Below are positions 57,024 through 64,000 of a stretch of DNA of 64,000 nucleotides, piece after piece. Both the position numbers and the translations under genes were made by a program. The notes under the pieces are model-generated. The model was not told the DNA's origin and did no database searches. It saw only the letters and a list, made by a program, of their open reading frames with translations. Source of the DNA: Parabacteroides sp. (lineage in GTDB: Bacteria; Bacteroidota; Bacteroidia; Bacteroidales; Tannerellaceae); NCBI GenBank assembly GCA_022775005.1, contig JALFJR010000056.1:19151-83150 (forward strand), in the 5' to 3' direction. Each line of letters begins with the position of its first letter. Position 1 is the stretch's first letter.

Positions 57024-58556
57024 TTAGTTCTCTCCTCCTACTGTTAATTTGCTAACTAAGGCCGACGGCATACCGCAGGTGACGGGGCAGGACTGTCCAT
57101 CCTTGCCACAGGTCCAGGTGCCGTTGTCCATTTTGTAATTGTTGCCGACCATCGTGATGTCGGCCAATGCCTTCGGGCCGTTGCCGATGATGTTCACATC
57201 CTTGATCGGTTGTGTCAGTTTACCATTCTCGATTAGGTAGCCATCCTTCACATAGAACGTGAAGTCGCCCGCGCCGATCTGCACCTGTCCGTTGGTGAAG
57301 CTGGAGGCGTAGATGCCCTTCTTCACGGTAGCGATCATCTCCTCCTCTGTGACGTTGCCTGCCTCCATATAGGTCGCTCGCATACGAGGGATCGGGGTCA
57401 TGCGGAAGGATTCACGACGGCCGTTGCCGGTCGGTGCGATGCCATAATACTTTGCGCTGATACGGTCGTGGAGGTAACTGGTCAAGACACCCTCTCTGAC
57501 GATGTAGGTCTTTTGTCCCTCCACACCCTCGTCGTCGATGTTGACAGAGCCGCGGTTGAAGGGGATCGTGCCATCATCCACCACATTGATATGCTCGTTG
57601 CAGATCTTCTTGTTCAGCTGATCGGAGAAGATAGAGGTATTTTTTCGGTTGAAGTCGGCCTCGAATGCGTGTCCGATCGCCTCATGCAGCAGGATGCCGG
57701 AGCCACCTGCGCCCATCACCACCGGCATCTCGCCTCCCTTGGGCTTGATTGCCTGGAAGAGGATCGCCGTCTTATCCACCGCCTCTTGGGCCAACTCGTC
57801 GATCAGGGCGTCGGTCAGGAACTCAGCACCCATGCGGAAGGCACGAGCGGCGTAGGAGTTCTCGATGTGTCCCTTTTCCTCCATGATGCAGACGGCACCC
57901 AGAGTCACCATCGGACGGTAGTCGTAATACATCTCGCCCTCCGAGTTGCAGAAGAAGATGTGCGAGGTGGTATCGCCCAGCGAGGCCTGTACCTTCATCA
58001 CCCGTTGATCCTTAGCGAAGATCTTGTCGTTCAACTGCTGCAGATAGGGCATCTTGTCGTTGATGGCTACCTCGTCCCAGGCGGTCTGCACGTGGTAGAG
58101 GTCGAGGCCCGGCTTCAATTCGCTCAGGTTGACCGGACCGGCTGTCGCGTTTCCATTGGCGATGCGCGCTGCGGTGCGAGCCGCTTTCAGCATCTCCTCA
58201 AGGGTGACGTTTTCCACGTAGGCATATCCGGTTTGATCGCCGGAGAGTACGCGTACGCCCATACCGAAGTCGATGTTCGACGAGGCCCGGTTCACGGCGC
58301 CGTCTTGCAAACCGATGTTGTTCCGATAGGAGTGCTCGAAATAGAGATCGGCGTAGTCGCCTCCCTTTTCTAACGCTGCCGTCAACACTTTCTTCAAATC
58401 GCTTTCGCTCACCTTGAAATAGTTCATGGCGAAAGCAATGCCCGCGGCTTTTGCCGCCGGTCCTGCTTGGCATCCCCCTAAGAACGAGGGAGCAGCTAAT
58501 GTGCTTAACATGACCATGCTGCCTGTTTTGATAAAATCACGTCTATTAAAGTTCAT
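57024..58556 (-). CDS. tldD: TldD-type metalloprotease with twin-arginine (Tat) signal and lipobox
   Basis: The N-terminus MNFNRRDFIKTGSMVMLSTLAAPSFLGGC carries an RRDFIK Tat motif and an LGGC lipobox. The HExxxH zinc site is present (LLHEAIGHAFE). Confidence 0.85.
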   Translation of the reverse strand: MNFNRRDFIKTGSMVMLSTLAAPSFLGGCQAGPAAKAAGIAFAMNYFKVSESDLKKVLTAALEKGGDYADLYFEHSYRNNIGLQDGAVNRASSNIDFGMGVRVLSGDQTGYAYVENVTLEEMLKAARTAARIANGNATAGPVNLSELKPGLDLYHVQTAWDEVAINDKMPYLQQLNDKIFAKDQRVMKVQASLGDTTSHIFFCNSEGEMYYDYRPMVTLGAVCIMEEKGHIENSYAARAFRMGAEFLTDALIDELAQEAVDKTAILFQAIKPKGGEMPVVMGAGGSGILLHEAIGHAFEADFNRKNTSIFSDQLNKKICNEHINVVDDGTIPFNRGSVNIDDEGVEGQKTYIVREGVLTSYLHDRISAKYYGIAPTGNGRRESFRMTPIPRMRATYMEAGNVTEEEMIATVKKGIYASSFTNGQVQIGAGDFTFYVKDGYLIENGKLTQPIKDVNIIGNGPKALADITMVGNNYKMDNGTWTCGKDGQSCPVTCGMPSALVSKLTVGGEN

Positions 58557-59787
58557 ATCGTTTAGTTTTTGCCCATGCCATTACGTTGGCAGGTGGGCGT
58601 TGGTTCAATAACTCTCTTTTCATATAATCCATATAGGGGGCCACATGCTGGAAGAAGCGGTGGTAGCCCTCGCAAAGGTAGTTTAATCCCGGTTCGCCCG
58701 TAGCCGTATGCAGGAAACGATTCTTGGGGCATTCGCCGTTGCAGGCGAAGAGGTAGTCGCACTCCCGGCATTGCGTCGGCAGCTTCTCCTGCTTGTCCAA
58801 ACCGAATTGCTGTTGCCGCGGGCTATACATCATCTCGGTCAACGTCTGTTGGCGGATGTTGCCCAGCTTATAGGCGGGAAAAACGAAATGATCGCAGCTA
58901 TACAGATCCCCGTTGAACTCCATCGCCCCCGCATGCCCGCAATAGCGTGCCAAGGAGCAGATGCCGGGTTGCTCGCCTACCCAGTTGGCTAACGTGGCGT
59001 CGAACAGCTGGATGAAATAGGTGCCTACATCCTCCTTGATCCACTCGTCGAACAGTCCGCAGAGGAAATCGCCCCATTGCGCCGCGTTGATGGAGAAGGG
59101 TGCCAGCCGAATCGCCGCATCCTGCTCCTCCGGTGCGGCCAATAAAGTCCCTTCCGGATGTGCCCCCAGTCGCTCGACGATGGGCGAGAATTGGATGTAG
59201 TGACATTCCAACTCCTTGAAGAAGCGGTAGAACCCGACCGGGTCTGTCACGTTGCGATCGTTCACGACCGCCATCGCGTTGTATTCCACGCCATGTTTTT
59301 TCAGCAATTCAATGCCCTTCCGCACTTTGTAATAGGAGGGAAGCCCCTGTTTGTTTCGTCGGTAATGGTCGTGGATGTCTTGCGGGCCGTCGATGGAGAG
59401 GCCGATCAGGAAATTGTTTTCCCGGAAAAAGCGACACCACTCGTCGGTCAGCAGCGTGCCATTCGTCTGCAAGCAGTTGGCCACCTGCCGACCCTGGGCA
59501 TATTTCCGTTGCAGCGCCAATGCCTTTTGATAGAAGCTGAGCGGACGCATCAGCGGCTCACCGCCATGCCAGGTGAATAGCACCTCGCCCATCGTTTGGC
59601 AAGCCATGTATTGGGCGATGAAGCGCTCTAATAGCTCCTCGCTCAAGATCTGATTCTTGGCCTCGGGGTAGAACTTGCCCTTTTCCTGGTAGTAGCAATA
59701 GTCGCACGCGAGGTTGCAAATCGAACCTACGGGTTTGACCATGACATAGACGGGACGGGCAAACGGAGAAATATAGGTGTTGCTCAT
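58546..59787 (-). CDS. Anaerobic sulfatase-maturating enzyme (radical SAM/SPASM; ChuR/AtsB-like)
   Basis: MSNTYISPFARPVYVMVKPVGSICNLACDYCYY carries the CxxxCxxC radical SAM motif. The C-terminus has SPASM Cys clusters (CRECDYLFACNGECPKNR). It is closely similar to the Bacteroides ChuR sequence as I remember it. Start moved to ATG 59787. Confidence 0.85.
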   Translation of the reverse strand: MSNTYISPFARPVYVMVKPVGSICNLACDYCYYQEKGKFYPEAKNQILSEELLERFIAQYMACQTMGEVLFTWHGGEPLMRPLSFYQKALALQRKYAQGRQVANCLQTNGTLLTDEWCRFFRENNFLIGLSIDGPQDIHDHYRRNKQGLPSYYKVRKGIELLKKHGVEYNAMAVVNDRNVTDPVGFYRFFKELECHYIQFSPIVERLGAHPEGTLLAAPEEQDAAIRLAPFSINAAQWGDFLCGLFDEWIKEDVGTYFIQLFDATLANWVGEQPGICSLARYCGHAGAMEFNGDLYSCDHFVFPAYKLGNIRQQTLTEMMYSPRQQQFGLDKQEKLPTQCRECDYLFACNGECPKNRFLHTATGEPGLNYLCEGYHRFFQHVAPYMDYMKRELLNQRPPANVMAWAKTKRYEL

Positions 59788-59789
59788 GC

Positions 59790-60860
59790 TTATTTCTTCT
59801 TTTTCTTGACTTGTTGATAATCCTTGATGAACCCCTCGGCGATCCATTTGGCCAAGGCCTGCCGGTTGTTGCTGAGGATAAATCGTTGTTGATCGTATGC
59901 GTTTTGAATGTTGCCTAACTCCACGAAGAGCGACGTCGGGGTGGTGTGTCGCAAGACGTAGAGGTTGCGCCCCTCGACCGTCCCCGAGAAGCCTCGTCCC
60001 GGCTGATGATGCCGGTATTTATGGGCGAAGGTCTCTTTCATGGTCTTCGCCAACTGTTTGCTGGCCGCCTTCTGTTGCTGATGATAGAAAAAGACATCCG
60101 TCCGTTGATGCTTGCTCCGGCTGTCGATGTGGAGGAAGATGGCCCGTTTATAGGCCTCTTTATCCTTTTTCGCGAGGGAATTGATCATGTTCACCCGCTG
60201 CTCTAAGCGGCTCACCTGGTTGAAGGGGATCGTGTTGCCCATGCAGGTCTCCCGCTTGCTGTTTTTCAAGAACTGCTCGTCGCGAATGCCATCTTGCGCG
60301 TCTTGGATGATGATATGCACCTTGGCTCCCTTCTCTAAAAGCACGCGAGCCAAGCGAAGCGTGATGTCGTAGGCATACTCATCCTCGTGCAGTTGATGTC
60401 CGTTCATCTTGCCGATCGCGCCGGGATCGGGGCCTCCGTGTCCGCTCACCAAATAGAAGCAAGCCCCCTTCAGTTCAGAGGAGGTCACCTGATAGTTGGC
60501 GAGTGCCTTGCCGAAAAGCGGCTGGTAGTTCTTTCGGGCGGGGGCAGCCGCGGCGGTGGATGGGGCGGCCGCCTTGGCCTTGGTGGAATCCGAGGTCTTT
60601 GTTTTCGGCATGCCCGCTGTTTGGGGCGGCAACGTGTATTTCACGCCTCGCAACAAGCTGTAATTCTTGCCGAACTTGCCTTTGTTCAGTTGGATAAAGG
60701 CTTTACGGCTTTCGGCGCCCTCGCGGCCAAACCGTTTCAGGAATAGCTCGATGCCCTCCCCGTTCTTGGGTGTGGCCTGCTCTTGGGCATGCAGTCCCGT
60801 TCCGCTAAGTACAATCACTAACAGAAGCAGCAGGAGTCTATACTTGTTGAATAGGATCAT
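59790..60860 (-). CDS. N-acetylmuramoyl-L-alanine amidase (Amidase_3 family), secreted
   Basis: Signal peptide, an Ala-rich linker, then an Amidase_3 core (LVSGHGGPDPGAIG...EDEYAYDITLRLA...FLHIDS). Its stop is 2 nt from the anSME start. Confidence 0.8.
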   Translation of the reverse strand: MILFNKYRLLLLLLVIVLSGTGLHAQEQATPKNGEGIELFLKRFGREGAESRKAFIQLNKGKFGKNYSLLRGVKYTLPPQTAGMPKTKTSDSTKAKAAAPSTAAAAPARKNYQPLFGKALANYQVTSSELKGACFYLVSGHGGPDPGAIGKMNGHQLHEDEYAYDITLRLARVLLEKGAKVHIIIQDAQDGIRDEQFLKNSKRETCMGNTIPFNQVSRLEQRVNMINSLAKKDKEAYKRAIFLHIDSRSKHQRTDVFFYHQQQKAASKQLAKTMKETFAHKYRHHQPGRGFSGTVEGRNLYVLRHTTPTSLFVELGNIQNAYDQQRFILSNNRQALAKWIAEGFIKDYQQVKKKKK

Positions 60861-60890
60861 GTTGTTCCACCTCGTTTATTTATTCGCCGC

Positions 60891-60898
60891 CAAAGGTA
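60891..60898 (-). promoter_or_regulatory. -7 element TACCTTTG for the amidase-anSME-tldD-pmbA operon
   Basis: Text caaaggta is the reverse complement of TAnnTTTG, 31 nt upstream of ATG 60860. Confidence 0.45.
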
Positions 60899-60929
60899 AG
60901 TAAAAAAGAGACACCTAAGCAAGGGCTGC

Positions 60930-61736
60930 TTAAGAAACCGTCTCCTCCGGTTCGATGGGCTCTTCCGGGGCATCCTCCGCCGTTTTCCCCTTCGCCCGTG
61001 CGCTCCGTCGGGTGACCGTCTCGATCGTCCGGAGAATCTCCGCGTTCATCCGGTCGATGATCCGCTCTATCCGTGCCGCCTTCTCCGCGTCTCGATCCAT
61101 ATAGGCCGCCGTGAGGTAACTGGCTGTGATCAAATCCGCCAGATCGGCGAAGGACTTCTCCACGACCGGCCGGATCTGCACCATGTTGACGCGGTATGTG
61201 CGGGTTAGCCGCTCGTTTGCCCGTATCGAGACCTCCGTCTGGAAACGCTCTGCGGATTGCCGCAGCTCCACCACCTCATTCGTCAGCCCCAGCGTCTCCA
61301 CATCTGCCGCGTATTTTTCGGTCTGCAGCTTCTCCGTCAGATCCAGCACCATCGCGATGGTCTCTGCGTAGTTTTTCACCATGACTCCCTTATAGGGCGT
61401 GAGCGCGAAATAGACCCGATTGGCCGCCTCGGCGATTTCCGGAACGAAACTCTTCCGGTAGGCACGTATCTGAAAGCTTAACGCGCTGTATCGCTGGTGG
61501 CAATGCTTTTTCGCTGCCTTCACCGTTTCCGTATTGGCATATTTTTGGCTGTTGAGATAGGCCTCATTCTCCCTTTCGAAGGCATCGGCAAAGGCTTTCC
61601 AGTATTCCCAGATTTTTAATTCTCTCGCCATCTCCTGCGTAATACTTTCCAATAAGGAATGAAACAGGCTATAATGCTCGCCATTGCGTACAAACATCAT
61701 GTATTTCCGATCCAATATCTTTTTCATGATTTCCAA
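60930..61736 (-). CDS. Uncharacterised helical protein, paralog B (family shared with 34543..35379)
   Basis: 268 aa. ...FVRNGEHYSLFHSLLESI... aligns with RLRNEEAFGYFKLVMSLL of paralog A, and ...IIDRMNAEILR... aligns with FINRMNVLIAE. Both end in a basic stretch followed by an acidic PEE-rich tail. Confidence 0.6.
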   Translation of the reverse strand: MEIMKKILDRKYMMFVRNGEHYSLFHSLLESITQEMARELKIWEYWKAFADAFERENEAYLNSQKYANTETVKAAKKHCHQRYSALSFQIRAYRKSFVPEIAEAANRVYFALTPYKGVMVKNYAETIAMVLDLTEKLQTEKYAADVETLGLTNEVVELRQSAERFQTEVSIRANERLTRTYRVNMVQIRPVVEKSFADLADLITASYLTAAYMDRDAEKAARIERIIDRMNAEILRTIETVTRRSARAKGKTAEDAPEEPIEPEETVS

Positions 61737-61793
61737 ATACTATACAGGTTCAACAATGATTAATTGAAAACTTTCTAAAAAGCTTTTCAGCTA

Positions 61794-61801
61794 CAAATAT
61801 A
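61794..61801 (-). promoter_or_regulatory. -7 element TATATTTG for paralog B
   Basis: Text caaatata is the reverse complement of TAnnTTTG, 58 nt upstream of ATG 61736. The first repeat of array B starts 13 nt further upstream. Confidence 0.45.
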
Positions 61802-61813
61802 ATTATTTTATTC

Positions 61814-62100
61814 TTTCATATAATTATGAAAATGCAAATAAGAACTATTTTATAATTTCATACGATTATGAAAGTATAAATAAGAATTATTTCAAGCTTT
61901 CATACGATTATGAAAGTATAAACAAATACTATTTTGGAATTTCATATTATTATGAAAGTATAAAAAAAACTATTTTAGACTTTCATACTATTATGAAAAT
62001 ATAAAAAAGAACTATTTCATAATTTCATACCATTATGAAATCATGAATAAGAAATAGTTCATACTTTCATACTATTATGAAAGCATGAATAAGAATTTTA
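61814..62100. repeat. Tandem array B: 7 copies of a 42-bp unit carrying the palindrome TTTCATA-N4-TATGAAA
   Basis: TTTCATA starts at 61814, 61856, 61898, 61940, 61981, 62023 and 62065, a period of 42, 42, 42, 41, 42 and 42 bp. The linker consensus is AAAtAAGAACTATTTTAnAa. Confidence 0.9.
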
Positions 62101-62237
62101 GGGATGCAACGTGTTGCGTTATTTCCCTCACATAAAATGCAAATGATCATTTGGACAACATTAAATTTATTTTTTACCTTTACCGCATTGAAACCACAAT
62201 GAAAGAAGCACATTATCCTATTATTATAGATACAATT

Positions 62238-62900
62238 ATGAACAGAAGAACAGTTCTTTCGATGGTTCTGGTAGGACTCCTCGGCTTCGCGCAAGCCCAA
62301 AACAACTCCAACGACATGCGAATGGCTCCTCAGTTTGCTCGTGTCTTGACCGATGCGGATAGTGATCAGGCGCAATCTTTGTTTGAGCTGATGGAGCAGC
62401 TGTGTCAGGAGTATTCGATTGACCGGGATCGCCTCTACAACACGGGGCAGTCGATGGGTGGCATGTTCGCGCTCTCGACCAACATCGCCCGTCCGGATAT
62501 GTTCGCTGCCTCCTATCTGGTGGCCTGCCAGTGGGACACGAAAGAATTCTATAAATTCGCCAAGAAACCGATGTGGATCGTTGTGGCTGAGGGGGATCCG
62601 AAGGCCTATCCCGGAATGCAGGAGGGCTGTAAGGCTTGGGCGGCAGCTGGTGCTAAGATCGCTGAGGCACAATGGGATGGTAGCCATCTGACCGATGCCT
62701 ATGCGGAGGATGTGGCGAAACTGCGGGCGGAAGATGCGAACATCCGTTTTGTCCATTTCAAGTTAGGTACGGTCAAGAGCTCAGAGTTTGGCGGTCCCGC
62801 CAAGGAGCACATGGCTACTTGGCCTGTGGCTTATCGCATCGCTGGCATTCGCGATTGGCTCTTTGAACAACGTCGTTCCTCGCGGGCTGATTCACAATGA
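62238..62900 (+). CDS. Secreted alpha/beta-hydrolase (esterase) with an apparently shortened N-terminal half
   Basis: Signal peptide MNRRTVLSMVLVGLLGFAQA and nucleophile elbow GQSMGG. Candidate Asp is in AEGDPKA and candidate His in KEHMATW. Only ~55 aa separate the signal peptide from the nucleophile. Start moved to ATG 62238. Confidence 0.6.
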   Translation: MNRRTVLSMVLVGLLGFAQAQNNSNDMRMAPQFARVLTDADSDQAQSLFELMEQLCQEYSIDRDRLYNTGQSMGGMFALSTNIARPDMFAASYLVACQWDTKEFYKFAKKPMWIVVAEGDPKAYPGMQEGCKAWAAAGAKIAEAQWDGSHLTDAYAEDVAKLRAEDANIRFVHFKLGTVKSSEFGGPAKEHMATWPVAYRIAGIRDWLFEQRRSSRADSQ

Positions 62901-62910
62901 GTAACCCCTT

Positions 62911-62944
62911 ATAGGTATTCCGGGTAAGTCGGAATACCTATTTG
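62911..62944 (+). terminator. Stem-loop terminator after the esterase gene
   Basis: Perfect 12-bp stem ATAGGTATTCCG / CGGAATACCTAT with a 7-nt loop, followed by TTTG. Confidence 0.5.
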
Positions 62945-62973
62945 TAGGTATTGTGCGGAAGGTGGGGTGACAG

Positions 62974-62981
62974 TACCTTTG
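62974..62981 (+). promoter_or_regulatory. -7 element TACCTTTG for the TonB-dependent receptor gene
   Basis: Matches TAnnTTTG 31 nt upstream of ATG 63012. Confidence 0.45.
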
Positions 62982-63011
62982 CAGCCGAGTAGAAAAGAGG
63001 AAAAGAGAATA

Positions 63012-64000
63012 ATGAACAAAAGAATTATTGGAATAATTGGTCTATTTTTATGGGTTTTCATCACTGCTTTCGCACAGAAAAAGAGCCCTGCCCTGTCTGG
63101 TAAAATCATCACTAAAGAGAAAGAAGAGGTACCGTTTGCCACCGTTTATTTGAAAGGAACCAACTACGGTTGTGCGACCAACGAAGAGGGATTGTATCAC
63201 TTGGTCGCTCCGGAGGGAGACTATACGTTGGTGGTCTCGGCGGTAGGCTATGAGACGGTGGAGAAACCGATCCGGTTGACGGTGGATCGGCAGAAGATGA
63301 ACATCGTACTGTCCGACTCAGAGGTACAATTGGACGAGGTGGTGATTATGGCTAACGGTGTAAGCCGGGTAAACCGATCGGCTTTCAATGCTGTGGCGAT
63401 TGGTACGGAGAACCTGCAAAACTCCACAAAGAATCTGAGTGAGGCGTTGGCTCGCACGCCGGGACTGAAGTTGCGTGAATCGGGTGGTGTCGGCTCGGAT
63501 ATGTCGATGATGCTGGATGGTTTCACCGGTAAGCATGTGAAGATCTTTATCGACGGCGTTCCCCAGGAGGGAGTGGGAGAGGCTTTTGGGTTGAATAATA
63601 TCCCCATCAACTATGCGGAGCGCATCGAGGTGTATAAAGGCGTGGTGCCGGTAGGTTTCGGTACGGACGCGTTAGGTGGTGTGATCAATATCGTGACGAA
63701 TAAGCATCCGAAGGGCTGGTCGCTCGATGCCTCCTATTCGTATGGCTCCTTCAATACGCATAAATCGTATGCCAACTTCTCCTATACGGGGGCGAACGGC
63801 CTCTTCTTCGAGATCAATGCTTTCCAGAACTATTCCGACAATAGCTATTGGGTAGATACCCCGGTGGAGCAGTTCAACGCCGATGGCACGACGATGCTCG
63901 ACACCTCCGTGGAGGAGCATGTGCAGCGTTTTAACGATGCCTATCACAACGAGGCGGTGATCGGAAAGATCGGTGTGGTGGATAAGGCATGGGCTGATCG
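63012..64000 (+). CDS. TonB-dependent receptor (CarboxypepD_reg-like domain + plug), 3' end runs off the window (partial)
   Basis: Not in the ORF track because there is no stop in the window. My translation reads MNKRIIGIIGLFLWVFITAFAQKKSPALSGKIITKEKEEVPFATVYLKGTNYGCATNEEGLYHLVAPEGDYTLVVSAVGYE...LDEVVIMANG...IERIEVYKGVVPVGFGTDALGGVINIVT, a typical TBDR N-terminus. Confidence 0.8.
   Translation, partial: MNKRIIGIIGLFLWVFITAFAQKKSPALSGKIITKEKEEVPFATVYLKGTNYGCATNEEGLYHLVAPEGDYTLVVSAVGYETVEKPIRLTVDRQKMNIVLSDSEVQLDEVVIMANGVSRVNRSAFNAVAIGTENLQNSTKNLSEALARTPGLKLRESGGVGSDMSMMLDGFTGKHVKIFIDGVPQEGVGEAFGLNNIPINYAERIEVYKGVVPVGFGTDALGGVINIVTNKHPKGWSLDASYSYGSFNTHKSYANFSYTGANGLFFEINAFQNYSDNSYWVDTPVEQFNADGTTMLDTSVEEHVQRFNDAYHNEAVIGKIGVVDKAWAD

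Noticed and set aside
57468-58373. 301-aa plus-strand ORF
   Set aside because: It is antisense to tldD, which carries the HExxxH site and the Tat signal. This is a shadow ORF in a GC-rich gene.
62067-62756. 229-aa minus-strand ORF
   Set aside because: It is antisense to the esterase ORF, which has a signal peptide and the GQSMGG motif. Its 3' end also runs into the tandem repeat array.

Overview
This is a chromosomal segment from a Bacteroidota genome, probably Bacteroidales (Porphyromonadaceae/Tannerellaceae-like). The assignment rests on three things: the TAnnTTTG -7 promoter motif in front of nearly every transcription unit, type IX secretion (T9SS) components, and the Na+-NQR respiratory complex. 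I could not run any database search, so every product call comes from motifs I recognise in the translations.

Most of the window is housekeeping:
- Cell shape: an mreB-mreC-mreD-mrdA-rodA cluster.
- Metabolism: purH, ribE, folC, pyrK-pyrD, panB, amn and the nqrABCDEF operon.
- Proteostasis and transcription: lon, clpC, htrA and rpoD.
- RNA genes: tRNA-Pro(TGG) and RNase P RNA.
- Lipids: a divergent serine palmitoyltransferase / lipid kinase pair.

Accessory-looking content includes:
- Glycan and sulfate use: a two-domain sialate O-acetylesterase, a Ser-type sulfatase, and the radical-SAM sulfatase maturase anSME.
- T9SS: a C10 cysteine peptidase cargo next to a DUF5103 plug-like protein, plus GldH.
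- A Tat-signal TldD with PmbA, a Cys-rich ABM lipoprotein, and NqrC carrying an N-terminal rubredoxin-like extension.

The most unusual signal is a two-locus pattern:
- Two paralogous uncharacterised helical proteins (34543..35379 and 60930..61736, both minus strand) are each preceded by a head-to-tail array of 41- or 42-bp repeats (5 and 7 copies).
- Every repeat unit has an A-tract/AACT(A)TTTTA linker followed by a roughly 7-bp-arm inverted repeat.
- The linker is shared between the two arrays, but the palindrome arms are completely different.
- One paralog is translationally coupled to the Ser-type sulfatase. The other sits directly upstream of the operon that carries anSME.

Other points worth a second look:
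- A phased 22-bp repeat array lies beside an AraC-family regulator gene.
- A promoter-plus-terminator pair between panB and pmbA could define a ~75-nt sRNA.
- An 814-bp AT-rich non-coding tract lies upstream of an XRE-family regulator gene.

Many ORFs in the track are 5'-extended past the promoter, or are antisense shadows in GC-rich genes. I adjusted or rejected these.
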